Assembly: GCA_963693055.1 (NCBI GenBank)
Contig: OY843751.1
Span: 128,001 to 192,000 of the forward strand
From: a bacterium
Lineage (GTDB): Bacteria; Zhuqueibacterota; Zhuqueibacteria; Residuimicrobiales; Krinioviventaceae
Length of the DNA stretch: 64,000 bases
Reading direction: 5' to 3'
This document shows positions 20,196 to 30,145 of the stretch, one piece after another. Numbering within the stretch: the first letter of the stretch is position 1; every line of letters starts with the position of its first letter. The position numbers were made by a program, and so were the translations under genes. The notes below the pieces were generated by a model. That model was given only the letters and a program-made list of their open reading frames with translations. It was not told where the DNA came from and searched no databases.

Positions 20196-20861
20196 ATGAA
20201 ACGTCTTTGTATTGTTTTAATTTTATTCTCTTTATCATCCATATATGCTGATAGTAATTATGGAATCAAAATAGGAACTAATTTTTCAAAGTTCAGATCG
20301 ATTGAAACAAAAGCAAAACCGGGAACAACACTATGTTTTTATAAAAATAATCCGGTAAATACATATTTTTCAATTAATTTAGAATTGATGTATTCTGCTA
20401 AAAAAGGAGAAATGAATGATGTTATTTTAGGTGGAACATATACTGGGGCTATTTTTTCACATAATATAAATTATTCCATAGGAGTAATAGAATTCCCATT
20501 ATTATTAAAAAACCATTATCAAATAAATAAAAAAATAGGATTTAACCTTTATGCCGGCCCGTCTTTTTCTACAAGAATATTTTACATGTCAAAAACTAAT
20601 AGACAGGAATTCCTTTTTGAAATTCACGATATGGATGATTGGTCGTATGTGAAATATGATTATGATTATATTCTGGAAATGGGAAATCCGGCATTTGAGC
20701 ATGGTTTGAGCATTCATGGCGGATTCTCAATATCAGTACATCACTTTTTGTTAGATTTTCGATATATGTATGATTTCTATGAAATTCAAACAGTGGGAAA
20801 AGCTGATATTGATGATGAAGAGATGCATTCATATTTAATTTTATTGGGGTATGAGTTTTAA
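20196..20861 (+). CDS. Outer-membrane beta-barrel (porin/PorT-like) protein, copy 1
   Basis: Signal peptide, YGIKIGTNFS, EFPLLLK, YAGPSFS, C-terminal LGYEF beta-signal. Confidence 0.8.
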   Translation: MKRLCIVLILFSLSSIYADSNYGIKIGTNFSKFRSIETKAKPGTTLCFYKNNPVNTYFSINLELMYSAKKGEMNDVILGGTYTGAIFSHNINYSIGVIEFPLLLKNHYQINKKIGFNLYAGPSFSTRIFYMSKTNRQEFLFEIHDMDDWSYVKYDYDYILEMGNPAFEHGLSIHGGFSISVHHFLLDFRYMYDFYEIQTVGKADIDDEEMHSYLILLGYEF

Positions 20862-20885
20862 TTTTTGGAGGGAAAATGAACTGAT

Positions 20886-20909
20886 CGCGATGCAGATTTC
20901 TGCATCGCG
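20886..20909. repeat. 24-bp palindrome closing unit 1
   Basis: CGCGATGCAGA-TT-TCTGCATCGCG; copy at 22007-22030 and degenerate copy at 19805-19829. Confidence 0.85.
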
Positions 20910-21068
20910 GATTATCAAATAGGGACATTCGTCCCGTAATTGCTTTGTATGCAACCAGGACAAATGCCCTGATATATTTCCAACCCGGAACTTCCGATGT
21001 GCCGGGCTATTAAAAACTTTAATATTTTGGAATATAGTAAAAAAATTTTCTATTTATCATAATTTATC

Positions 21069-21097
21069 TTGACAAAGATAAAATTTTTATTTATTGT
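21069..21097 (+). promoter_or_regulatory. sigma70 promoter of unit 2
   Basis: TTGACA-17 bp-TATTGT. Confidence 0.75.
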
Positions 21098-21107
21098 AAA
21101 AAAGAAG

Positions 21108-21316
21108 AGTGCTGGATACGAAAATTTTAACGAGTGAGGAGGGAACTCACTTGTAATTCAGCGCTTCACGGGGTCGTACTACACGTGAATACTATAATCT
21201 AATACGCAAAGAGATGCTCATGTACTGTGGGGTACAATATGAAAGCAAGGGGAGACGCCTTCAGGCCGCCGTAGATGTATGCTAAATTCAAGATCAATTT
21301 ATAAAGGGAGTTGATA
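21108..21316 (+). ncRNA. Putative structured 5' leader RNA, copy 2
   Basis: Near-identical to 19987-20195 at an offset of 1121. Confidence 0.55.
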
Positions 21317-21982
21317 ATGAAGCGACTTTGTTTTGTTATTTTATTATTGCTTGTATCTTCTGTTTATGCTAAAAATAACTTTGGAATTAAATTTGGAAAA
21401 AATTTTTCATCCTTCAGATCAATGGATTCAAAGGCAAAAGCAGGAAATATGTATGGTGCTTTTAAAGATTTGTCAATATATAAGAATTTTAATATTAGAT
21501 TTGAATTAATATGTTCCTATAAAAAGGGAGAAATTTATGATTTGATTTTAGGTGGTACCTATACAGGAAGAATTTTCTCGAATAACATTTATTATTCTTT
21601 ATGTATTTTCGAATTTCCAATTTTGTTGAAAAATAGTCATCCTTTATTTAGTAAAAAGATAAATTTTTATTATTTTACTGGTCCCTCTTTTTCAACCAGA
21701 TTTGCCGATGGTTCAAAAACAGAAAGACAAGAATATCTTTTTAATGTTAACAAAATGGAAGATTGGGCAAATGTCGAATATGATTATGATTATATTTTAG
21801 AGGGTGGCCCATCATTTGAACATGGTTGGAGTTTGCATTCAGGATTTGGATTGTCAGTTTTTCATATTTCGTTAGAATTTCGGTATATATATGATTTCTA
21901 TGAAATTCAAACAGTGGGAAAAGCTGATATTGATGATGAAGAGATGCATTCATATTTAATTTTATTGGGGTATGAGTTTTAA
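21317..21982 (+). CDS. Outer-membrane beta-barrel protein, copy 2
   Basis: Paralog of 20196..20861 with the last 30 aa identical; ATG 21317. Confidence 0.8.
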   Translation: MKRLCFVILLLLVSSVYAKNNFGIKFGKNFSSFRSMDSKAKAGNMYGAFKDLSIYKNFNIRFELICSYKKGEIYDLILGGTYTGRIFSNNIYYSLCIFEFPILLKNSHPLFSKKINFYYFTGPSFSTRFADGSKTERQEYLFNVNKMEDWANVEYDYDYILEGGPSFEHGWSLHSGFGLSVFHISLEFRYIYDFYEIQTVGKADIDDEEMHSYLILLGYEF

Positions 21983-22006
21983 TTTTTGGAGGGAAAATGA
22001 ACTGAT

Positions 22007-22030
22007 CGCGATGCAGATTTCTGCATCGTG
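22007..22030. repeat. 24-bp palindrome closing unit 2
   Basis: CGCGATGCAGATTTCTGCATCGTG, one mismatch to the 20886 copy. Confidence 0.85.
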
Positions 22031-22120
22031 GATTATCATATAGGGACATTCGTCCCGTAAAAATCCCACCCGGCATTAGCCAACTGGCGGGTAGCCGAGT
22101 GATCAACTATTTATACTGAA

Positions 22121-23218
22121 TCAGGATTTTATTTTAAATACAAACCCGCTTGATGTCATATATTTACCGCCTTGCGATGTTGTAAACAGATAATCGGGTT
22201 TACCGTCTTTGAGAAGTAGTTGTGGTCGTTCCAGTCGTCCGTACCGGTTCAGGTGTTTGGGTTTGGGAGGCTGCTCAAAATAGTGGTCCGTACCAAAAAA
22301 AGCAATCTCTGGTTCCGGCCATTTCAGACCATCATCCGATTCAAAATACAATCCCGCAAAATGGTCAAAAAATCCCATATCCCGCGCAATGAGTTTAATC
22401 TTTTTATCTTCCACCCACACATAAGCGTCTTCAAGCTGTTGGTTTTCGCCCAGGTAAGAGAAATCGATTACCGGGTTCTTGTCGTATTTGATATAGGGGC
22501 CGTATATATTGTCCGCAATGGCCAGACCATATTGACGGTTGCCGCGTATGCGTTTGCCTTTTGCCGCCTCATAATCGGCAGTGTTCCACGATTTGTAATA
22601 AAGCCAGTATTGTCCATTGGGATGTTTGATAAAAGCCGGATTGGTCGTACAGTGATCATCCCAGCTCCCGGGTTTGCCCGCTTCAAGCAGAGGTTTGTCC
22701 GGGCGTTCCCATGGACCGTAGGGGCTGTCGGCTGTTGCCAGTCCAATGCGTTTGGTGTTGGTCTTGCCGTTTGAATTGCCCATGTAGAACAAGCAATATT
22801 TGCCATCAATATGCTGGATGTGAGGATTATGACAGGTCGTTGCATCCCAATAACCCGGACGGGGAGCGAGAACGGTACTCACATATTCATAGGGACCTTC
22901 CGGTTTATCCGCAACCGCGTGCGCAATCTCGCATTTGTGGATCCAGCCGCCCATGCCGTATTCCTCTTTCCATCGGGAAAGATAGACATGCACCTTGTTA
23001 TCCGGACCGTATATGGGAGTATTGCACCAAACATAATAGCCTTCCATTTCTAATATCCGGTTCATGGGCACAAGGCTTTTGCAGAAATCGGATATCCGGT
23101 CGTATTCGCCTTTGACAGTTTGCGGATCAACCTCTTTTTTCGAGCATGCCGCAAAGGGGGCAGTACAGACCGCGGCAGTTACGGTTTTTATAAAGTCACG
23201 TCTGTTTTTCATAATCAT
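22121..23218 (-). CDS. Beta-propeller glycoside hydrolase (GH43-like), Tat lipoprotein
   Basis: NRRDFIK Tat motif, AAC lipobox, CHNPHI, TTNPAF, LEDAYV, LERPQL. Confidence 0.78.
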   Translation of the reverse strand: MIMKNRRDFIKTVTAAVCTAPFAACSKKEVDPQTVKGEYDRISDFCKSLVPMNRILEMEGYYVWCNTPIYGPDNKVHVYLSRWKEEYGMGGWIHKCEIAHAVADKPEGPYEYVSTVLAPRPGYWDATTCHNPHIQHIDGKYCLFYMGNSNGKTNTKRIGLATADSPYGPWERPDKPLLEAGKPGSWDDHCTTNPAFIKHPNGQYWLYYKSWNTADYEAAKGKRIRGNRQYGLAIADNIYGPYIKYDKNPVIDFSYLGENQQLEDAYVWVEDKKIKLIARDMGFFDHFAGLYFESDDGLKWPEPEIAFFGTDHYFEQPPKPKHLNRYGRLERPQLLLKDGKPDYLFTTSQGGKYMTSSGFVFKIKS

Positions 23219-23392
23219 ACATCCTCTTGTTGGGTTTGATCAAAATAGTAAATGCATAGTTTTATTTCAAGAATAAAATCGGGTAGCATTTGGAAAAAAG
23301 ATGCTGCAACTGAATTTTAATTCAATGTGCATTTCTCTTGCATGGTATTCAGATTTTCTATACACTATACAAGTTAAATGAGGGGAAGAAAA

Positions 23393-24190
23393 ATGAAAAA
23401 AAGTAATCCCGGTATTTTTTCTGCTTTTGTTGTTCTGTGAAACTACAAAATCTCCATTTCAACCCGACGAGTTTGTCATCTCGTTCAATCACCCCATTGA
23501 TTCCACGTATGTAGTAAAGTCTGAAGATATGTTACTGAGATCGGCTTATACAAGTCAATCCCAACACCAGTTGAATTCCTTTTGTGATACCTGGAACAAA
23601 GTTTATGCGCAAGAAGCAGTTCATCCAAATTATAATTCAGATTGGGACAAGGAAATATATCAACTGTTTTATGATTTCTACAAGCCATCAGAAGGGTATC
23701 TTGAATCTGAATACCTGGTGTTGCAGAACGAGATTGTTTATATTGTGGTGAATTCCAGCAATTACGGGGTTGGTGCGGCAGTTGAATATTCAGCATTGGA
23801 CTTGACGAAATAACTCCGTTCTGCCCACAGGTTCGGGATACCGGTCAGCAAGTCCTTTATTTAACGGATCGTTATTCCGAGGTACTTAATTTTTACATTT
23901 CCGAGTATTCCGGTTCAGAGAGCTTTTACAACTCTGAATGGCAGCCTTGGGAGTATGTGCGGGATAAGGTTGGTTTCCTTGATCGTAAATTCGCGCTCTA
24001 TCACAACCACTGGGTACCGTCTTTTCATTATTATTCTTTTCCATATGTTTCAATGGTGATCATGAATGAGGATGAGCCCAAGGCCATTTTGTTGTACCGC
24101 GATTCCTGGTGCACGTGAGGTGCTGCGGAATATGAAAAGGCAGGAACAGCGTGGAAACATATCCAAACGTTTTATAACTGGATCGAATAA
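23393..24190 (+). pseudogene. Disrupted lipoprotein gene (two frameshifts and one nonsense codon)
   Basis: ATG plus A7: removing one A gives MKKVIPVFFLLLLFCETTK. Second shift at 23786-23811 continues IGLDEITPFCPQV...YRDSWCT*GAAEYEK...NWIE*, with TGA at 24116. Confidence 0.7.
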
Positions 24191-24200
24191 GAATTCTTTC

Positions 24201-25616
24201 TCATTGCAAGAGAATCATCTTTTTTGTAAGCGTTTGGTTGCTGCCATAAAGTCGGTAAAAATAGACCCCACTGGCCAAATGTTTTGCATCAAATGTGTAA
24301 TTGTATACCCCCGGATTTTGAAATTCATCAACAAGTTGTTGTATTTCCCGTCCCTGAATATCATATACGGTGAGTTTGACCTGCCCCGGTGTATTCAGTT
24401 TATAAGAAATTTGTGTGGAAGGATTAAAGGGGTTGGGATAATTTTGTAGCAGCTTGAAGGATGATGGGATTTGTTCCGCATTCTTGACGCTGGTGTTATT
24501 GTCAGTGTATTTATCCCGAATGATTTCCAGGTAATCCAATCCGTAACCTGTATAACTGAAATTCTGAGTATAATCGTTATTTTCACTGTCATCTGTTTGG
24601 GTGGATGCAGTGATTAGGGTCGGTTCTATCTGCGTATCCTCATGCCATTCGTTAAACGAGGTGATGCATATCATATTCAAATCAGGATCAATCAGGTGTT
24701 CAACTGCATCAGCATAATGCTCAAAGGTACTGGTATGGCTGGAATCGGGATGCACCTGACTGGGGATAATGTAATGGTCTACATCTAAACGTACACCCCT
24801 GTCATTAAAGCCCGGCATGATCTTGGGGATAAATTTGGCACCCCCACCTAAAACTTGAGCGGCATTTCTGTAATATTCATATTTTTCTGCAACATCCTCA
24901 ATAAATCCAGTATCCTGAGGATAGCCCGCGTATTCATGCGGACCGTGCATGTTGTAAGCGGTAATAGCATCCAGAGTGGAAATCCGCTCATAATTCGCGT
25001 CTCCCCAATATACCTCATCACCGACAAGATAGACATTGTAACCCAGGGTGTTCATGTCGTCACGGACCTGCTGCAATGCGTTTTTATAATCACCTGTAAA
25101 GGTGCGGGTCAAATAGATATATACTACCGGCCTGCCATCTATTTTTTTATAATAGGGACTATTGAAATGGTTCTTGGCCATGTAATCGAAATGATTACGT
25201 AATGTTTCTGTTCGATCGTTGTCAAATTCAATAGCATCGTTAGCGAGGTTTAAAAGTCCAGCCGCTTCATACAGTAAACAATAGGTTGTCTGATGGTTTT
25301 CCATTTGAGGGACAATATGGTCCAGAATGGTTACATCTTCCCAGCTGTCGGGTCCCCACCAGCTGCATACCCAATTGTCTATACCATAGGTATCGGACCA
25401 CTCTAAATGTTGTTCAATGATCTCACTGTCACGATTGGAATATTCGCCAAGCATGGGTAATTGCTGAGGAACGAGATGGTCTCTGAGATAGCCTTCACCC
25501 CAGTGACGTGTAATATCATACCAGGGATAATAATAGACATTTACAATGCGGTCAGCAGCAAAAACAATAGTTGTTAATGAAAAAAATATAATTAACAATT
25601 GAGAAAACTTTTTCAT
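24201..25616 (-). CDS. GH99-like glycoside hydrolase with secretion-system C-terminal sorting domain
   Basis: YYYPWY, SWWGPDS, ITSFNEWHEDTQIEP; C-terminal QNYPNPFNP...SGVYFYRL; start MKKFSQ at 25616. Confidence 0.82.
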   Translation of the reverse strand: MKKFSQLLIIFFSLTTIVFAADRIVNVYYYPWYDITRHWGEGYLRDHLVPQQLPMLGEYSNRDSEIIEQHLEWSDTYGIDNWVCSWWGPDSWEDVTILDHIVPQMENHQTTYCLLYEAAGLLNLANDAIEFDNDRTETLRNHFDYMAKNHFNSPYYKKIDGRPVVYIYLTRTFTGDYKNALQQVRDDMNTLGYNVYLVGDEVYWGDANYERISTLDAITAYNMHGPHEYAGYPQDTGFIEDVAEKYEYYRNAAQVLGGGAKFIPKIMPGFNDRGVRLDVDHYIIPSQVHPDSSHTSTFEHYADAVEHLIDPDLNMICITSFNEWHEDTQIEPTLITASTQTDDSENNDYTQNFSYTGYGLDYLEIIRDKYTDNNTSVKNAEQIPSSFKLLQNYPNPFNPSTQISYKLNTPGQVKLTVYDIQGREIQQLVDEFQNPGVYNYTFDAKHLASGVYFYRLYGSNQTLTKKMILLQ

Positions 25617-25660
25617 CCATAACTCCGTAGCAATGCGTGAATAGCTAATGAACACTCTGG

Positions 25661-26869
25661 TTAGATAGAATCATAGACCGCCTGCCTGTTTTCCGGCGGC
25701 AGTTTAACCTCATTAAAAAAAGACATACCTTTAAAACGTGGATTTTGTTTCTGGTAGGTCTGAGCCCAGGCAATAATGTTGTGAATATAGTCCGGTCCCT
25801 TGGGCGGCAGTTTGTAATTGTGCGGCGGGTCCCTGCGGATGGTTGTATGCACATAGCAGGGTAGAGGATCAAGGTATTCAATTACTTTTTGGATCTCGCG
25901 GGTTTCATTTTCAACATGACGGCCTTCGCAATAAGGCATCACAAAATCAACCCCTGCCTGTTTTAGCGTTTCAATGCCATGTCCCCGGTTCAACTGATAT
26001 CCTTTGACATCTCCATCATTGGGTGAAAATCCGGTGTAAAAGCCAAATTGAAATTTCGGATTGATGGATTTAACAAGGATTTTCAGATCGATCAGCGTAT
26101 CCCGAATGCGGAGGCATTTCCATTCTTGGAATTCTGTTTTTGATAAGGATTCAATTTCTTTGCCGGTGTCCTGTTGTAGACGATTGCGCGTGTCCTGGCA
26201 ATAGCAGGTTCTGCCGGAATAGGAGGGATGTTCCAGCACAATGCCGTCCAGATTTTTATACCGGGTAAGTACATCTGTAATTTTGTCTCGCATATATTGG
26301 TGCGATTGTGCGTTGTCACAACAGATTTGCAGTGTTTCAATCGCTTTGCGCTCATATTCACTGGCCTCAGGCCGGATAGTAAAAACATAATCGCCGTTTT
26401 GTTTTTTCTTTGTCCCCCAACCGGGGTAACCCTCATCCATGCCGATCATACCCAGATATTTGATCTCAATGAATACCTTTATATTAAGCTTGTGGGCCTT
26501 TTCAATGATTTGGGAAAAGAATTCGGTTTCAGGATTTGCATTTACCGTATTTGTATCAATCTGCGGTAAAAGTTTGGGGTTTTGAGCCGGCCATGCCAGC
26601 CCATGGTTCAAAGGATCGTAATAGCCGTGACTGGCCATCATCACCAGCAAGTGGTCCATGCCGTGTTGGGCCATTTCATTCAATACATTGCTGAAATACT
26701 TGAACCCCAATTGACGGTTACCGGTTTCATAGGTCAGGCATGTGGTCCAACCATAAGAAAAAGGGTGTGCCTTGACAGCCTTTGGGGATGAGCAGGCAAT
26801 GTATGGTGAAATTATAACAGGTGTGGATTTTAGAAACGACCGACGGGTGATTTTTCTATACATTTTCAC
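25661..26869 (-). CDS. Secreted hypothetical protein, possible GH-like TIM barrel
   Basis: TRRSFLK Tat-like motif; AHKLNIKVFIE, LDGIVLEHP, CYC. Confidence 0.55.
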   Translation of the reverse strand: MKMYRKITRRSFLKSTPVIISPYIACSSPKAVKAHPFSYGWTTCLTYETGNRQLGFKYFSNVLNEMAQHGMDHLLVMMASHGYYDPLNHGLAWPAQNPKLLPQIDTNTVNANPETEFFSQIIEKAHKLNIKVFIEIKYLGMIGMDEGYPGWGTKKKQNGDYVFTIRPEASEYERKAIETLQICCDNAQSHQYMRDKITDVLTRYKNLDGIVLEHPSYSGRTCYCQDTRNRLQQDTGKEIESLSKTEFQEWKCLRIRDTLIDLKILVKSINPKFQFGFYTGFSPNDGDVKGYQLNRGHGIETLKQAGVDFVMPYCEGRHVENETREIQKVIEYLDPLPCYVHTTIRRDPPHNYKLPPKGPDYIHNIIAWAQTYQKQNPRFKGMSFFNEVKLPPENRQAVYDSI

Positions 26870-26871
26870 CG

Positions 26872-27750
26872 TTATCCATCCAGGGTGGCAAGAAACGACT
26901 CTAACTGTGAATAAAATTGGTCCGCATTGTCGGCATATACCATATGGTCAGAATTTTCAATTTCAATATATGTACAGTTTTTGATTTGCGACCACATTTT
27001 GCTGGCTGCCTGTTCCGTCAGGCACCAACTGTCTTTGGCGCGTACAAACAAAACAGGGCACTCGATGCTATGCAGCAGGGAGTAGAAATCCTGATATTCG
27101 TTTTCAATGGATTTCATCGCTTTTCTGGAAAAAAGATAATCATACCCATCTGATGTTTCATGCAGGCTGTCTAAAAAATATTGAATATTGGTCTGCCGGC
27201 TGAACAGATTGTTGAGGTGCTCAATGGCATGCTGATAGGTTGGGTATGGTGTAGGCCAGTTTGTAGTCAAGCCGTCATCCAGAGGATCTTTATTTTTGGG
27301 TTTAACATCATTCAAGCTGCTGCCACTGCCATCCGCATTTTCATCTATAATGACCAAGGCTTTTACTGCTTCAGGAAAATGGGCGCTAAGATATGCCGCA
27401 ATTCTGGCTCCCATCGAATGTCCAATTATTACCGCTGGCATGCAATTCAACTGTTTGAGCAGTTCGTAAGCGTCTCTGGCCATATCTTTCGCCGTGTAAC
27501 CGGAATCCGGTTTCTCGGTCAATCCATGACCCCGCTGATCAGGCGCAATGATTCTATACTCTTTTTTATATCGGGTTATGAGATCAATCCATGTCTCACC
27601 ACGTCCCCATCTGCCATGAAGACACAATATGGGGGCTTTATTACCCTGTGTATCACGATAAAAGAGATTAATGTTGTTAACCTTGACAGTTTCCCGATGT
27701 AAAAACGGATTCTTTATAAACATTCTTGTACCAGTTTTATATCTGCACAA
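26872..27750 (-). CDS. Alpha/beta hydrolase
   Basis: LHGRWG, PDQRGHG, GHSMG, SDHMV. Confidence 0.9.
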   Translation of the reverse strand: MCRYKTGTRMFIKNPFLHRETVKVNNINLFYRDTQGNKAPILCLHGRWGRGETWIDLITRYKKEYRIIAPDQRGHGLTEKPDSGYTAKDMARDAYELLKQLNCMPAVIIGHSMGARIAAYLSAHFPEAVKALVIIDENADGSGSSLNDVKPKNKDPLDDGLTTNWPTPYPTYQHAIEHLNNLFSRQTNIQYFLDSLHETSDGYDYLFSRKAMKSIENEYQDFYSLLHSIECPVLFVRAKDSWCLTEQAASKMWSQIKNCTYIEIENSDHMVYADNADQFYSQLESFLATLDG

Positions 27751-27927
27751 TTATTGTCCTACTCCATAAAAGTATAAAGTTTTTAGATATAAATGTCAAC
27801 CCTTCAATGTTTTATTTTTAATAAGAAAATAAATTAACTTTTCTCAATGTTTTATTAAACGTTTAGATTGGCAATAGGTTTCAGGAAGCAAGTGATGTTT
27901 TTCGAAAAGCAAGAGAATGCAAATATG

Positions 27928-28362
27928 CTACTTTATTTCAAGAAGCGTTTTTTCTTTGATGAATTGATTGTACAATATTGCAGGCATGGGTGCGGGTTTT
28001 TGTGCTTCCATGTTGAAATAATATCCGGTTTGTTTGCCTGTGCAATGGATGCGATCAGCGGTAGATATTTCAAATCCCATTTCCCATCGGGACCTTTTCA
28101 TATTGATAATCCAGGTTGTACCAATGGGTTTCTCTTGAATAGTAAGGGGATATTTGTATTCTATCTCTGTTTTTGCTAAAATGGGCGAGCTGTTTTCAAG
28201 CAGCATGTTTTCAAGCGGGAAATAGGTATCAAGAAATGCGGAACGAAGATGCTCAAACCATCTTACATATACTAGATTACTGACTATGCCCATGAGGTCA
28301 ATATCGTATGCATATATCTTTATTGGCATTTCTACCAGCATGATTCGGGGGCTGTTTTTCAT
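27928..28362 (-). CDS. Acyl-CoA thioesterase (4HBT/hotdog)
   Basis: YDIDLMGIVSNLVYVRWFE. Confidence 0.88.
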   Translation of the reverse strand: MKNSPRIMLVEMPIKIYAYDIDLMGIVSNLVYVRWFEHLRSAFLDTYFPLENMLLENSSPILAKTEIEYKYPLTIQEKPIGTTWIINMKRSRWEMGFEISTADRIHCTGKQTGYYFNMEAQKPAPMPAILYNQFIKEKTLLEIK

Positions 28363-28581
28363 GAATTTTGTCCTGTGACTGAATGAATATTCATAAAGTA
28401 ATACATTTTGTTATATTTTTCAATTGAAAAAGCATTTGAAATATTTATTTTTTATAAAATGTTTAAGAAACATCTATGGGACATTGACACCTTTGGTATT
28501 ATTTCTATTCTTTCGGTACTCCTCGTGTAATAAATCGTTCATTAATTCGAAACAACGTTTAACAAATGGGAGGAGAATGCC

Positions 28582-30039
28582 ATGTTAAACAAAGTGATTT
28601 GGATGCTGACAGTGTTTTTATTGGTGTTTGTGTATTGTACGCAAATACCAACAGAAATGCCTGTCACCACATCTTCAAAGCAAGCATTAACGCATTACTT
28701 TGTGGCCCAATCGTTGGGCGATAATCTGAAATTTGAAAATGCTATTCCGGAATATGAAAAGGCAATTGAAATCGATAAAAATTTTGCGCTGGCACACCTG
28801 AACCTGGGATTTTGTTACTTTCAAACCGGTAACACTATGGTTGGTTTTAAGCATTTCAATAAAGCCATGTCTTTGCGTGATAAAGTAACAGAAGGTGAAC
28901 GACTCTATCTTGATAATATTCAGGCAGGATTCGATGGCGATACTCAAAAAGAAAAGAAACTTGCCGCTCAATTGGTAAGCATGTTTCCACAGGATAAACG
29001 GTTGCATTTCAACAGAGGTGCTATTTATGCGAATCAACAGGATTGGGATGTAGCGATAAGTGAACTCCAAAAGACCATTGTTATTGATCCTCGTTTTGCA
29101 CCCGCTTATAATTTGCTGGCGTATTCATATCTTTACAATGAGAAATTCGATCAAGCAGAAGAGATGATAAAAAAATACACAGATTTGATACCCGATGAAG
29201 CAAATCCCTGGGACTCGTATGCAGAGATTTTGCTGAAACAGGGCAAGTTTAAAAAGTCTGTTGAAGCGTATCAAAAATCAATTGATATGGATCCCGATTT
29301 TTTAATATCCTATAACGGGATAGGTACAAACTATATTTTGATGCAGCAACCTGAAAAGGCAATGGAAACTTTTGATACATGGTATCAAAAAGCCCCGGAT
29401 GAGGGACAAAAACGTCTGGCTGATTTTGCAAAAATCAGGTGTTGTATTGACAATCAGGATCTGGATAAAGCAATAGAACTTGCTGAAATTCGACTGACCA
29501 AATCCAGGGCTGGTGATAATGATCTGGATATTGCTGCAGATTTGAACGTTCTGGGTGATCTTTATTTTGAAAAGGCCATGTATACCGATGCATTGGGAAA
29601 ATATTATGAAGCTAATGAGCTCGTGCAGCATTCCGAATTGATCGGCCAGAACCAAAAGGGAAATCTGGTTCAGGGATACCTTTTTAATGAAATACGTGTG
29701 GATATTATGAAAGGGTATTATGAACAGGCCAAAGAAAAAATTGTTCAATATGCAGAGACAGCTAAAATGAAAAACAACAGCAATCAGCTCATGAACCAGC
29801 ATCAGTTATTGGGATTGCTTGCAATGCAGGAAAACCGGCTGGAAGATGCAATAACAGAGCTTGAACAGGCAAATTTGAGGAATCCCCGTAATTTGTGCTG
29901 TCTTGCCCAGGTATATCGTGCCAACGGGGAGCCGGATAAAGCCAAAGAGTATTGTAGTCAAGCTGTTAATTTCAATGAAAACAATTACAACTGGGCCTAT
30001 GTTCGTAAACAGGCAACGGACTTGCTTGCATCCTTGTAA
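28582..30039 (+). CDS. TPR-repeat exported protein/lipoprotein, paralog A
   Basis: Signal with Cys, TTSSKQA, repeated AIEID/FAPAYN/ANPWDSYAE TPR units. Confidence 0.85.
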   Translation: MLNKVIWMLTVFLLVFVYCTQIPTEMPVTTSSKQALTHYFVAQSLGDNLKFENAIPEYEKAIEIDKNFALAHLNLGFCYFQTGNTMVGFKHFNKAMSLRDKVTEGERLYLDNIQAGFDGDTQKEKKLAAQLVSMFPQDKRLHFNRGAIYANQQDWDVAISELQKTIVIDPRFAPAYNLLAYSYLYNEKFDQAEEMIKKYTDLIPDEANPWDSYAEILLKQGKFKKSVEAYQKSIDMDPDFLISYNGIGTNYILMQQPEKAMETFDTWYQKAPDEGQKRLADFAKIRCCIDNQDLDKAIELAEIRLTKSRAGDNDLDIAADLNVLGDLYFEKAMYTDALGKYYEANELVQHSELIGQNQKGNLVQGYLFNEIRVDIMKGYYEQAKEKIVQYAETAKMKNNSNQLMNQHQLLGLLAMQENRLEDAITELEQANLRNPRNLCCLAQVYRANGEPDKAKEYCSQAVNFNENNYNWAYVRKQATDLLASL

Positions 30040-30046
30040 AGTGTAA

Positions 30047-30083
30047 AATATCAGCAGTGTTTATTTGTGCACTGCTGATATTT
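30047..30083. terminator. Hairpin/terminator after TPR gene
   Basis: AATATCAGCAGTG/CACTGCTGATATT. Confidence 0.7.
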
Positions 30084-30145
30084 ATTCTGTTTATGAAACC
30101 TTTTATGGAATTTACCGTATATAAATAAAATTTTGAAAAATATAC

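Noticed and set aside
20196-21982. Diversity-generating retroelement TR/VR pair
   Set aside because: Differences between copies are not adenine-specific and include synonymous changes and indels; no reverse transcriptase is in the window.
20886-22030. Classical integron attC sites
   Set aside because: The palindromes lack RYYYAAC/GTTRRRY ends, the units carry their own promoters, and no integrase is seen.
20596-22106. Duplicated antisense ORFs 20596..20928 and 21747..22106
   Set aside because: Their similarity covers only the near-identical DNA block, so they are shadow frames of the barrel genes.
24116-24118. Selenocysteine or recoded TGA
   Set aside because: It lies in a gene already broken by two frameshifts, the context suggests GGA to TGA, and TGA is a normal stop elsewhere in the window.
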